A DNA stretch of 63,361 nucleotides, the filler included, from Basidiobolus ranarum (taxonomy: Eukaryota): the NCBI GenBank assembly GCA_040143965.1. It is 36 parts of 36 records of this genome, joined end to end, with 100 filler letters (N's around TTAATTAATTAA, not from the genome) between each part and the next. Parts side by side here need not be neighbours in the genome. Positions count along the whole stretch, not along the records: positions 1 to 1,672 come from JASJQH010011463.1; positions 1,773 to 3,443 come from JASJQH010011464.1; positions 3,544 to 5,213 come from JASJQH010011465.1; positions 5,314 to 6,983 come from JASJQH010011466.1; positions 7,084 to 8,753 come from JASJQH010011467.1; positions 8,854 to 10,522 come from JASJQH010011468.1; positions 10,623 to 12,291 come from JASJQH010011469.1; 29 more parts are not named here. One strand, given 5' to 3'. Made by a program: the position numbers and the translations under genes. The notes beneath the pieces were generated by a model. The model saw only the letters and a list, made by a program, of their open reading frames with translations, ran no database searches and was not told the origin of the DNA. Of this stretch, positions 1-11,944 are shown piece by piece (position 1 is the stretch's first letter; the number at the start of each line of letters is the position of its first letter).

Positions 1-130
1 TCTAACACCAATGCTGACCAACTGGCTAGATACTCTACTGGATTATGATTACACTATAATTTACCGCCCTGCATTTCGCAACATTCTACCTGATCACCTC
101 TCCGGATTCTTTCCAACTTCCCCCTGGGAG
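1..130 (+). mobile_element. Ty3/Gypsy RNase H C-terminal fragment
   Basis: MLTNWLDTLLDYDYTIIYRPAFRNILPDHLS matches the Gypsy RH end motif RW...L..YD..I.YRPG..N..AD.LS. Confidence 0.7.
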
Positions 131-220
131 GGACATGTGATTACTGATATAATTAGCAAACTTACAACTCCCTATGGATCATATTGCTATTGCCTGACAT
201 TGTATTCAAAGTGTCCATAG

Positions 221-1672
221 CAAGTTCAAAAGGCAGTTTTTCATTAGTCTCCTAGTTTAATTCCTACAGGATTGTAAGCACCTCTTGAATCAATATTTGT
301 AAATACCTTGACTGAAGCAAGATGATCCAAGAGTGAGTTGATCGATGACAGGGGTTACCAATTTTTGTCTGTTATACTATAGAGGCCTTGATAATCTATG
401 CAGAGATGAAGGTATCTATTCTTTTTCTTAACAAATAGGATTTGAGAGCCTGCTGGAGACCTGGAATGTTGATTAATACTTTCCCCAGATTTTATGTAAC
501 AGACTCTCTGAATGTTGAGTCCTGGCTGGGTCAGCCCATACATAGGCCCAAATGGTGGTCATTTTCCTGCTTGTAGATCTACAGGGCTATCATATGGGTG
601 GTGAGCTGGGAGTATATTGGATTTCTTCTCATCAAAGACATCCACAAAGGCTACATATTTAGTTGGGAGCTTATGAAGAATAGGCTCTGTTGGTTTCATC
701 TCTTCAGCATCATTGTCAATAGATATTGGCTTCTTAGATGTTTTAAGGATTTGGGCTGATGATGAGTTGTATACTTTGCAGGTTAGCAAACATGGACTAG
801 GAGGTGGAGGTTGCTTGAATGTACTAATCCTCTTCTTCCTGCTGATTACTGGGTTGTGCTGCATGAGCCATCATATACCAAGGATGACCAAACAATGAGG
901 TGAAGCAATGATATTAATGTTTATTTCTTTTTGATGAGCAGTGAACATGAGTTCATCAAGGTTGCTTCATGTGTCACAGCACCCAATGATAGCAGCCTTC
1001 CATCATTACTTCTCCAAGGACTGGTTTAGATTTCTTGATTGATTGGTTAGGGTAGGATTTAATAATGGCAGAGTCAATAAAATAGGAGGATGCACCTGAA
1101 TCAAGTAGTGCAGTTATTCTTTTTCACTTGGATTTTGGTAGTAGGAGTGTGCTGGGCAGCTTTAATGATTGGTATGACTGCAGAGATTGCAATCTATAGA
1201 GAAGAAACCTTTTTGAAGATGGTTGGCCCAAGGGCATGCCCATTATTGCAGTTGGGCATTGACATTTTCTAATGTTTGGGAAAAGTTCTCTTCTGCTTGC
1301 ATTTTATTGATCTTAAATGCAGGATTCTTTGTTTGACGGGTTCTTGCTGCATGTTCAGGAGCTACACAATAGAGGCATATATTTTCTCATTGATATCATT
1401 CTTCTCCTTAGGGCTAAGCTTTCTGAATCAAGCTCCATCAATTTGCATAGGGCCATCTGCTTGCGCTGTGTTTTGTGTTTGATGGAAGGGAAGTCTGAAA
1501 GTAGATGAGGAAGAAGAGAAGAAAGGTACCATATTTCTTTGTTTTTTCTTTCTAACAACTGGTTATCACATATAACTGCCAGATGAGTAGTATCAGTCAA
1601 GGTCACCGGGTCAGCCATAGTAAGTAGAAGATCCTTAATATTTTCTTGGTGTCCATATTGGAATTGGTTGAT
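221..1672 (-). mobile_element. Ty3/Gypsy gag end-protease-RT remnant (degenerate)
   Basis: Protease DSGAS motif near 1090-1105; LPAHHPYDSPVDL; SPAGSQILFVKKK..LHLCIDY; KTAF near 235. Frameshifted; same family as 40631-42290. Confidence 0.85.
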
Positions 1673-1772
1673 NNNNNNNNNNNNNNNNNNNNNNNNNNNN
1701 NNNNNNNNNNNNNNNNTTAATTAATTAANNNNNNNNNNNNNNNNNNNNNNNNNNNNNNNNNNNNNNNNNNNN
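1673..1772. other. Artificial contig linker (N44-TTAATTAATTAA-N44), first of 35
   Basis: Identical 100-nt spacer with six-frame stops. Others start at 3444, 5214, 6984, 8754, 10523, 12292, 14061, 15829, 17597, 19365, 21132, 22899, 24665, 26431, 28196, 29960, 31724, 33487, 35249, 37010, 38771, 40531, 42291, 44051, 45810, 47569, 49327, 51084, 52841, 54597, 56352, 58106, 59859 and 61611. Contig lengths never increase along the window. Confidence 0.99.
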
Positions 1773-2592
1773 GGCTACTAATGGAGCAGACACAACTACA
1801 TGACTCCTATTGTTGCTTACTTGATTTGCTGTTTCAATTTTAGGTTTTAAGGAAAGAAAAAGTTTCTGAAATCTTTGATTAAATGGCCAGGCTTCTTGCA
1901 ATACTTTCAGATAATTCATTTCCTATTAGAGTCACTATTATTAAAGCTAGTTGGTCATTTTCAGCTCCAAGGACTGCCTCATATGCATTATTTTGCTAAG
2001 AAATAGATATCTTTGATTTCTCAATCAAAAGCCTAGCACCAACATACTCCATTGTTAAAGGCTCTGGACTTGATTATAGGGCAAATATGAGCTTACCAAA
2101 CTTTCCTGGCAGGCTCCCACACAGTGTCATGCCTAAGTCATCTTCTTTTGCAGGTGCTCCAATGGATAAGAGGTGATCTGCCATAGTTTTTATCCAATTT
2201 ATAAAATTAAGCATGGAATCATTGGAATTAAGAATAATTTTTACCAAAGATATAGCCTATGAGCCAGACTTTCAGTCTCATATAGTCTCTCAAGAGTCTC
2301 TGAAGCAGTTTGGACACTTTTGGCACAGTGTATATATCACAATGGAGAGTCTCTGAGATGTGAACAAAGTGTAGAGAGTACTTTCCTCTGCTTCTTGTGA
2401 AAGGCAAGGATAGCTTCTGGTGGTGCCTTTGGCTCTATTTCTTCACCTGTAACAGATCCTCAAAGGTCTTTGTCCTCTTGCACCATTTGCATCTTGGACT
2501 TTCAAAGGTTAAAGTCTGCAGCATGAAACTTCTCTGGGGATGTCAAAACATGGGTAATAGTACTGGTAGATTATCCTTCAAGAGCAAGCTTT
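1773..2592 (-). mobile_element. Ty1/Copia family A gag remnant
   Basis: Homologous to 47176-47568 (+) and 54697-55540 (-); directly downstream of the PBS. Confidence 0.8.
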
Positions 2593-2604
2593 GGGCTCAT
2601 AACC
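2593..2604 (-). promoter_or_regulatory. Copia primer-binding site, half-tRNA-iMet type (GGTTATGAGCCC)
   Basis: + strand GGGCTCATAACC, abutting the LTR end TGATAAAAGTG. Confidence 0.85.
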
Positions 2605-2689
2605 TGATAAAAGTGTTTTGATCATACAAACTTCCCTGTCAAGCATGGGTGAAAATTGACTTGATCAATGTACTTGTCCCACTTGTGTG

Positions 2690-3033
2690 AGTTGAAATTG
2701 ACAGTGCCTAAACACTTATATAGTCATATATAGATGAATACTCAGTTTTCTTATACTTCCCTAAGATATCATCATTGTTTGCAATTGAAATTTACTTGAA
2801 ATATTTTTGCCAACTTACACATTCTCCAATATACATATTATCAAACCTGTGCCAGAACCACCAAACTTGACACATTTGTTCCTGGGACCTTCTTGAACAT
2901 ATACTATATGTTTGTTTGTTTACATCTTGACAAATCTATAAATGTCTGCTTTCTACTCAATAAATCAACAGGTGAAAACCACCAACTTCCCTGATTGTCC
3001 AAGCCACTTCCAACCACCCCAAAGTACTTTAAT
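2690..3033 (+). repeat. Copia family B LTR (degenerate)
   Basis: Colinear with the LTRs at 28782-29129 and 35717-36063. Confidence 0.7.
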
Positions 3034-3543
3034 GCAATCACTGATTGCAACAGGATTTACTTAGCTCTTGTAGAAAAGGAGTGGAATATAAATAGAATTG
3101 TATAAAATCTTCTGAATTGTACTGTGTGCCTGGATATGGCAGGCAAATAAAGCCTATATCAAAACACAAGCTTGTGACCGAATAAAAGGGAAGGCAAATA
3201 ATCATGTGACCTTCTGTGGTATATGCTGATCAGACTCTCATGACCTTCTATGACAAGCTGCTAGAACATCATATGACTGCCAACCATTACTGATTGATAA
3301 AAAGATAAATGATACTTGATAGGGCCAATAACAGTGATTTGGCAACATTACTGGTATACTGATGGTACTTATAAGCAGATAACACTAAATATTGCATAAC
3401 ATAAGTAATACTTAGGCAGCTATGATTTAGCAGCTCTTAGCATNNNNNNNNNNNNNNNNNNNNNNNNNNNNNNNNNNNNNNNNNNNNTTAATTAATTAAN
3501 NNNNNNNNNNNNNNNNNNNNNNNNNNNNNNNNNNNNNNNNNNN

Positions 3544-3968
3544 ATTGGGTAAGAACTTTAACACAGAGTGGCACAATATTGCAGGGTATCTGCCAGCTAG
3601 CGGAAAGAATGTTGATTCAGCAATCTCAATACAATGATGGGCTTTATATGGAGATATTGATACAAACTTGTGTTGGATATGAGCTCAACCTTGGGTATGA
3701 AGAACTCTACAAATATTCCGGTGAATACACCAAAGAAACTAGGAATTTCAAAGGTGACAAAATAGCATTCAAGTGGTAATGTGTAAAATTTGAGTTACCT
3801 TTTTTGCACATGTGTTGATCCAAAGTTGTCAGAGATTGTAGCCAATCTTGTGCAACTATTTTGTGAGATCTTGAAATTTCACTCTTGAAACTGAAAAAAA
3901 AAAATAAATCAAATTTAATTTGACAATCTTATGGTGGTAAGTAAACAATCAATCCAAAATGGATTAAC
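3544..3968 (+). mobile_element. CACTA-like element ORF2 3' end and subterminal region
   Basis: Matches 51184-51799 and 23140-23740 (TEWHNIAGY...KVT region). Confidence 0.8.
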
Positions 3969-4332
3969 ATTGTGTTGGTTTTCACACAATAAAAATCTTT
4001 ATATCTTGGTTGGAGTTATATGTGGGTAAGGATACCAGATCACTTGCTCACCCATATTTATAACCTTTTTAGCTCAACTATCACCAACCTTTATTGCCAA
4101 GTTTGGGCACTGACAAGTACAATCATTTATCAATAACTCCAGTAACTCTTATCTTAGATCTATCATTTTACTAATCCTCTTTGCAATATCAGGAAGACAA
4201 ACCTTTACATCCTTTTTGATTTCTTCAGCTATGTTTGAAGTTGTAACCACACAATCATCATCCAAGATTTTATCTTGCATTGTTTCCCTTGCAGTCCTTT
4301 GGTACATAATGCAAAATAACACAAACTATAGA

Positions 4333-4810
4333 CCCTAACAGAAATTTGAGGATTGTTATTGTAGGAAAACCATCACAGTTTTAATCCATTTGGGATTGAC
4401 TGCTTATTTACTATCGTAAAATTATCAAGTTAGATTTGATTTTAATCAATCTTTTCAATTTCTGGAGTGAAATTTCAAGATTTTACAAAAAAGTTGCACA
4501 TGATTGGCTACACACTCAGAGAACTATTAATCAATGCATGTGCAAAAACCTTGACTCAAATTTTATATATTTACTACTTGAATGCTAACTTGTCACCATT
4601 GAAATTCCTAGTTTCTTTGATATATTTTCCTGAATATTTTTATTGAGTTCTTCATACCCAAGGTTTAGCTCACACCCAACATGCGTTTGTGTCAATATTT
4701 CCATCAAAGCCCACCTTTATATTAATATTGCTGAATCAACATTCTTCCAGCTATCTGGCTGATACCCTGCAATATTGTGTAACTCTGTATTAAGTTCTTC
4801 CCAGATATCT
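4333..4810 (-). mobile_element. CACTA-like element end A (TIR CCCTAACAGAAAT) plus ORF2 3' end
   Basis: Starts CCCTAACAGAAATTTGAGG; same terminus at 13556, 52363 and 57930, and inverted at 23740, 51799 and 53129. Confidence 0.85.
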
Positions 4811-5213
4811 CCCTAACAAAAAAAAAATCAATTTGATCCGGATTGGATCCACCCTCCAAAATAGCAAAACCATCAGAGAACCATCACAATACCATTGGCT
4901 TGCATTCTGCCAGGTATTTTGATGATGTGATGGCGGTTTCTTGATGGTATCTTAGCGGTATTCATACATGTTAAAATATTGATCCTCAAATTTGGCATGC
5001 TTTATTCAATATCCAGCAATTTTTGCAAAAATATAATTTTCAAATGGCATATTACTGGGTTTACTGCTGTAGGAATTCGAAATAATGTGCATGCCTTTAT
5101 TTAGATATTTTAGGCTTTGTATTCCAGCCATAATGAGAATCAAAAAATACAAGAATCTCGTTATGTTTAGTCTCTACATATGCACATATTTGACTGATTA
5201 GACATAACTCAAC
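4811..5213 (+). mobile_element. CACTA-like element end B nested in ORF2 of another copy
   Basis: Starts CCCTAACA; colinear with 61198-61610; AACCATCA subterminal repeats. Confidence 0.8.
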
Positions 5214-5313
5214 NNNNNNNNNNNNNNNNNNNNNNNNNNNNNNNNNNNNNNNNNNNNTTAATTAATTAANNNNNNNNNNNNNNNNNNNNNNNNNNNNNNN
5301 NNNNNNNNNNNNN

Positions 5314-6983
5314 CAGTTGAAGAAGAAGATGATGGTTTTGTTATGGACTCTTTGCTATTGGCAAGCATTAGCCAACTTGTAACACTTACAGTAAAGGAAG
5401 CAACTTTGATTATTATGGAGTGGAGAGTTCAATCCAATCTAAGCAATAAGGTGTTTATTGGTTTTCTTAAACTTTATCCCAGCTGATTGGCAACTGTTGC
5501 TTGCCAGAGGCCAGGTACAAGTGGAAAACACTTGTCAATTGTAGAAATTATAATGGTTAAGTAATTAAACTACCTTCATGTCCAAATGGTTGTTTGGCTT
5601 TCATTGGTAATTTGGAAAACATGGAGTCATGTACTGTTTGCACACAATTGCCAATCACTGAATCAGGTAAATATCATTCATACTTGGCTCACATACCATT
5701 GATTCCCCATCTTTAAGTTTTGTTTAAATCACCCAAATATAGATCAGTGATCCAATACTAAAGTACTCATCATAAAGCTGATGGTATTACCAACATACTT
5801 GATGGATATCACTACCAGAATCTGAAAAGTCAAGGTTTCTTTGAGTACATATATGCTCCTGCATTTGCATTGGCTCTGGATTGTTTCTCACTAAACAAAT
5901 ACATGATTGAAAAGGCTTGCTGGCCAATGATTTTAGTTAATTTAAATCTTCCATCTTCTGAATGGCATCAGAGTCATAATAATTTTATACAGTCCATCAT
6001 ATCTGGACCTAAATCACCAGTGCATATAGATGTCATCAAATCAATGGAGTTTACTATGTCAGGCCTACATATCACTACTATCCAAAATCAACAGTAAACT
6101 CCATGATTTTACTATCATGGCCCATTCAGATTTCAGCATGCTCACTGATATCCATCCATCAAATAGTCAGTCTAACATTGAACTTGGTATCAGTTGTCAG
6201 CCAAATAGTATAAAGCTAAAGGGGATCCGCTGAAGCCAGAGCTTCCCCTTGGGAACTATGCACTTACTATTCAATAACAATCTAATACTACTTACTCATC
6301 TGTATAGAGGGAAATTCAATATGAATGAGCCATTCAAGAGAGGACCAAAGTTTGAATCTATTGGAAAATGCGTGAAAATGTCAAAATACCATCATATTTT
6401 ACCAGGACTCAAATAAATGCCCACTGATCTAGGTATTTATTCAAATGCAAATACTGGAAGTATTAGATTTGTATATATTCAAGTGGAATATTGAAAAGAT
6501 GTCTACCTGATAAGTATTGGCAACATTGGGAGTTGCTTGTGGATATTGTTAATATATTCTTACAGCATCAACTCACATTGGCAGATCTCAGGCAGATACA
6601 GCAACTGTGCAAAGACTTTGTAATTGGATAAGAAAAACTTTATTTCAGGCTTAGAGAAGATAGACTGAATCTATGCTGATATTCAAGCTATTCCCTGCTA
6701 CATCTTTCATAATGCTTAGAGAATATAGGCCCTTGATATACATTATGGGAGTTCCCAATGTAGCACACCTGCAGTGAAATGATACTCCATGTGAAATTGT
6801 CAGTATTACCATATGTTAATCTGATTAACAATGTATCAGCAAAATCAGTGATGCATGTAATGTGATGGGTTAAGCAGACTCCAGAGTATATCAACCTTCC
6901 AATACAGGGCTCTTTTCAATGTGCTTGCAGGTTTTTGCATTGTTTGTGCACAATGACAGCACCAAAACCCCATCCATGGACAC
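5314..6983 (+). pseudogene. CACTA/EnSpm (Tnp2 / Transposase_21 plus DUF4218) transposase pseudogene
   Basis: CPNGCLAF.G...C..C; IPLIP.L..LF; DGYHYQNL; ACWPMILVNLNLP...SIISGPKSP; GP....WEFPM. Many stops and an internal deletion near 6030. Confidence 0.88.
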
Positions 6984-7083
6984 NNNNNNNNNNNNNNNNN
7001 NNNNNNNNNNNNNNNNNNNNNNNNNNNTTAATTAATTAANNNNNNNNNNNNNNNNNNNNNNNNNNNNNNNNNNNNNNNNNNNN

Positions 7084-8014
7084 CACCGCCGTTGTTTCCC
7101 TCATATTCTTTTTCATGACTACCACCACCTTTACCATTGCCATTTCCAGAGTATGATTCGTCTTGACCTTGCCCGCCACCTTCATATTCACCTTCACCAT
7201 TTCCACTGTAGTCTTTAGCATCATAGCTATCACCACCACTGTTTCCACCATAACTTTCCTTATGATCTTCACCACCGCCATTTCCACTATAACTTTCTTC
7301 ATGATCTTCACCTCCGCCATTACCTCCGTAGCTCTCTTCGTGGTCTGCTTCATAATCATTTGTGTCATAACTATCACCACCGCCATTTCCATCATAACTC
7401 TCCTCATGACCTCCACCACCTCCACTTCCACCATAACTACCTTCGCGATCACCTTCATAGTCCTCCGTGTCGTAGCTATCACCATAGTTCTCTTCGTGAT
7501 CACCTTCATAGTCCTTTATATCGTAACTATTATCGCTACCACCACCGTTTCCACCATAACTCTCTTCGTGATCACCTTCATACTCCTTCGTGTCGTAACT
7601 ATCACTACTATCGGCCCCGTTTCCACTGTAACTATCTTCATGGTCTTCACTAACACCGTTTCCTCCATGATACACTTCATGACCACTTTCATAATCCTTC
7701 GTTTCGTAGTTATTACCGTTACCACCACCGCTTACACCATAGTTCCCTTTCTGGTCATCTTCGTAATCTTTTCCAACTTCTCCTTCACCACTCACATTTC
7801 CCTCTTTCTGATTATAGTTATCTACTCCTCTCTCTGCATCGTTTTTTCCATAGTTCTCCTCACTGCCATTACCATCACCTACTTTAAAAGATTCTCCTTG
7901 TCCACCACCTTCGCCAAAATAGTCTTTGACTTCATAAGTCCCATAATTGTTACCCGTGGGTAGAGCAGAAATGGATACAATATACAGTAAGGCAGTAACA
8001 AGTGTGACTTTCAT
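7084..8014 (-). CDS. Secreted Gly/Glu/Tyr/Asp/Asn-rich repetitive protein (3' end truncated by contig end)
   Basis: About 310 open codons from MKVTLVTALLYIVSISALP (signal-peptide-like, AAA-ATG context). Repeats YD(T/I)K(E/D)YEGDHEE(S/N)YG and EDHEESYSGNGGG; CpG retained; upstream TATAAAA. Confidence 0.88.
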
Positions 8015-8100
8015 TTTGGTATTGAATAATTCGGTTGGGAGGTGTAGTATGTGTAAAGGATTGTTGTAATGAAGATATGATGAGCCGTAAGGCACTTTAG

Positions 8101-8107
8101 TTTTATA
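8101..8107 (-). promoter_or_regulatory. Putative TATA box of the repeat-protein gene
   Basis: TATAAAA on the minus strand, about 87 nt upstream of the ATG at 8014. Confidence 0.5.
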
Positions 8108-8853
8108 TTGCCATGATACAAATCGAAAAAGATATATCTCATTATGATTGCTGCTATTACTACATTTCGATATTATTATGCAAGTCATCTTCGTGCATTC
8201 GCATACACTAATTAGCTCGGGTATGATACATAGACACTAAGTAGTTGTACTTCAACTCAAAAATTAAGTAAATATCGTCCCACTATGTGCATTTTTGTTT
8301 TTCAGTTCCAATACATATTGTTTTGGCAAGATTCCAAGGGATTTCAAGTAATGCATGCCAAAATAGAGCCACATATTAGAGAAAAGATAGAGTATGTCGA
8401 TCGTGATGTTCGATAAACTACTCAGAGCACAGCTCTTGCTACAAATTATGATAAACGTACTTGGGAGTAATCGAGTGTAGAGTTCAGCTTAGAATTCCAT
8501 GTTGATAGACACACTAAGCATTAGATATGAGTAAAGATGGTTTATTGAAATGCATATTGAGTGCAAGAATATGTCAAAGAGGATGTGCTGTTCATGAAGT
8601 CGAGCTAATAAAGAATAATCTAATACTACATGATGTGATAACTTATGGAGTAGAAGCAGTAGAACAGCTCTACTGCTATTGTTATTCTTGAGGAATCTCT
8701 ATGAAAATGATAAACAGGCATTGGTATCTTAGTTCTTCTTAAGTGCGAGGAAANNNNNNNNNNNNNNNNNNNNNNNNNNNNNNNNNNNNNNNNNNNNTTA
8801 ATTAATTAANNNNNNNNNNNNNNNNNNNNNNNNNNNNNNNNNNNNNNNNNNNN

Positions 8854-9121
8854 GCATAATAATTTGAATTCCTACACCAGTGAACCCAGTAATTTGCCAT
8901 TTAAAAATTATTTTTTTGCAAAAATTGGCGGATATTGAATAATGCATGCCAAATTTGAGGATCAATATTTCAACATGTATGAATATCATCAAGAAACCAT
9001 CATGAAACTATCAAAATCCCTGACAGAATGCAAGCCACCAATATTGTAATGGTTCTCTAATAGTTTTGCTATTCTGGAAGGTGGGTCTGATATGGAACAA
9101 ATTGATTTTATTTCTGTTTGG
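8854..9121 (-). mobile_element. CACTA-like element end B (degenerate terminus)
   Basis: Reverse complement of the 61198-61470 region; ends ATTTCTGTTTGG. Confidence 0.75.
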
Positions 9122-9345
9122 CAAGAGCCTAATTAATCTGGGATTTAAACATGCTTATTCTTATGAGAATAAGGATCTAATCAGGCTTAGTGATGCAGAT
9201 TGGGCATGTGATATTTTGGACAGAAGATCTATCACTGGATAAAACTTTCTCTGCAGTGAATCAGCCATATCTTGGAATTGCAAGAAACAACCCACTGTAG
9301 CACGTTCAATAACTGAAGCTGAGTACATGGCAGCATCACATACAA
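9122..9345 (+). mobile_element. Copia RNase H remnant
   Basis: SDADWACDILDRRSITG..ISWNCKKQPTVARSITEAEYMAAS. Confidence 0.85.
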
Positions 9346-9726
9346 CAAATCTCTATCTTTATACACCCAATTATTTCATATAGCATACATAAGTTGGTAA
9401 CCATTACTTAGTATTGGATAATTAATCTTTATTCAACATCATAGTTGATTTTAGTTATGATTCATATATCAGAAACAGAAAGCAATGTATCTATAGCCCC
9501 TTGATTGTAAATAGGAATATCTATATATCTATATAACAAGTGTGTCTTATTACCCCCACTTATCTATTATATCTTATTACACAAGCTTCTGAATATCTCA
9601 AACAATTGATTTACTTTTCTACTTTATAAGTCACCATATACTCTTAAGAATAAAGTAACTAAAACACACTATCATAAGTTGCTTCTAATACACAAAGTCT
9701 ACCCCCATTATGCAAGATCCTCCAAC

Positions 9727-10300
9727 ATGGTGGCAGCAAGTGAATTACAGTCTTCTGCCCAAAAGGAGATTACTAATATTCCAAAATTGAATGAGGAAGA
9801 TTTCCATGAATGTAAATTCAAGATGCAACTTGTGCTTGAAGGGAAACATGTCTGGGAAGTAGTTCAACCAGATGAAGAAGAAACTTCTGAAGAAGAATGT
9901 ATAGATTCTGATGCTGAAACAAAGAAGCCAGCACATAAAGAAGCCAAGGCAGCCTTCAAAGAAAAAGACAGATTGGCATTCAGGGAAATATGTCTAAGAC
10001 TGGGATCACAACAACTTATGCTAGTCAGAGATGCAGACTCTGCCAAGAATCCATGGGAAATCCTAGTGGAACATCATGAGTAAAAAGGGCTTGTTCACTT
10101 GATGCTGCTACAAAGAAAATTCTTGTATGTCTGAGGATTTAGATATTATAACATATGTAAATGGTGTCCAGAAACTTGCCCAAAAACTGGAATCAGCAAG
10201 TTATGAAGTACCTGATATGGATATAAATCTTACCATAATCAATGGTCTCCCCAAATCATATTCAGCCCTTGAACTCACTTTGGGAGCAATTGGGGACAAG
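9727..10300 (+). mobile_element. Copia family D PBS and gag remnant
   Basis: LTR-like end CCAACA, then TGGTGGCAGC (tRNA-Leu-like PBS); IPKLNEEDFHECKFKMQLVLEGKHVWEVV...LTIINGLPKSY (UBN2-like gag). Confidence 0.75.
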
Positions 10301-10522
10301 TGTCACAATAAGGAACTGGATAAGGACTGGGAACAACCACAAGAGGCTAGAAGGCAGGAGAGTACTTGGGTGTAGACCACAAGACAAGAAAAGACAAGAC
10401 AAGACTGGACCAGGAAGATACTTTGGCAAGAATCTTTATTGATAACTGGCATTGATCAGACTGAGGTCTGATCAAGGAATACATGGGGCTTATATAGATA
10501 TTGCAAGGTGAAACATAATATA
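10301..10522 (+). repeat. LTR family E, left part, inserted in Copia gag
   Basis: Starts TGTCAC where the gag reading breaks; TGAGGTCTGATCAAGG also present inverted near 52345-52362. Confidence 0.65.
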
Positions 10523-10622
10523 NNNNNNNNNNNNNNNNNNNNNNNNNNNNNNNNNNNNNNNNNNNNTTAATTAATTAANNNNNNNNNNNNNNNNNNNNNN
10601 NNNNNNNNNNNNNNNNNNNNNN

Positions 10623-11240
10623 ACCCAGGGCATGATACTAATAGTTGGATACCTAATTGAAAACACCAGAATTCCAAACATGCAAAGCAGATCAAAGTAT
10701 TTACATCAAAACAACTGGAAATAGGATCCTTATATTGGCACTATATGTGGATGACTTAATCATAGCCACAAATGGTCTAGAACCAACTGATCAGACAAAA
10801 AGGAGTTTAACCAATTGTGGATGATTGATATGGGTGAGTTAAGTTATTTTCTTGAAATTCAAATCCAGAGAGGTAAACCCAAGCAGAAAATCAAGCTGAA
10901 TCAGGCTAGATACAACCTAGATATCCTAAACACTTCAACAAGGAAAATAACAAGCCTGTATCAACACCAATGGATCCCAACATGAAATTAATTAAACTTT
11001 CATCTGATTTTGCTTGTTACTAGCTAAAAACCCAACATTTCATTGTGGAACAAGGCATATAGATATTAGGCATCATTTTGTTAGAGAAGCCATAGCAAAT
11101 GACATAATTGAACTTGTCTATTGCCCTACTAAAGAAATGATTGCTGTCATTGTAACCATATCTTTAGCTAGAGCACAATTTGAATTATTAAGATATAAGT
11201 TAGGTTTAATAGAAATACAAAATAATGAGTTGAGTGGGAA
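10623..11240 (+). mobile_element. Copia family A RT/RNase H remnant with PPT
   Basis: LALYVDDLI; AKNPTFHCGTRHIDIRHHFVRE; PPT GAGTGGGAA at 11232-11240. Confidence 0.88.
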
Positions 11241-11592
11241 TGTTGAAATTAGAAAAACAGCAACTCATTATTAGTAGTTGATTTATTCATATTCTGCTGA
11301 TTTAGAACTCAATTCTGTCATTCTAAAATGTGTGTTTATTGCTCTAATTGATAGAAATATCAATCAGGTCACTTTTACCAATTTTCACTATTTTCTCAAA
11401 TTGTCTCCAAATCACCTCAAATTTTCACCCATGCTTAACAGGCATGTTTGATATTATCTAAGCAAATGCAATAGTCCTATTTCATTGTAAGCTACAAGTT
11501 CAAACTCATTCAATTCAATAAAATTCAAGTGCCTAATTCACAAATTCAAATCTTGTCCCAAACACTGCCAAATCCCCTAAACACTTTTATCA
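11241..11592 (+). repeat. Copia family A 3' LTR (about 352 bp)
   Basis: TGTTGAAATT...CACTTTTATCA, directly after the PPT. Confidence 0.88.
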
Positions 11593-11944
11593 GATAAGAA
11601 TACCAATGAAACAAAATGTATTTGAGATATCATTCTCGAGTGGCTAGGAAGTCAAGAGGATTGAGTAAGCTAGTAATTGGATCATTTAAATTGGCCTAAA
11701 GTGTGTAATAGAGCTAATGCTGTACTCAAACTTAATTTGATATAGAAGATAAGTTATGACACAACCATTGATTACAAATTGAACTAATATGTTTGGATTT
11801 TGCTACATCTTAATTTTATGGCACAGTCCTTGGCCAAGCCAACCTGGGATGGCATAGCCATCAGCTGGTATATGTTAGGGGCACAATCAGGGTGATCATG
11901 TGAGCTACTAGCCAGGATGGGTTATCAACCCGTAATCTTTTACT

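Noticed and set aside
4333..4345. piggyBac assignment from CCCT termini
   Set aside because: No TTAA flanks, and the transposase motifs are Tnp2/DUF4218 type
7036..7963. Overlapping ORFs (266-aa hydrophobic +, His-rich +, M/V-rich -)
   Set aside because: Shadow frames of the repetitive Gly/Glu/Tyr gene; repeated codons suppress stops in other frames
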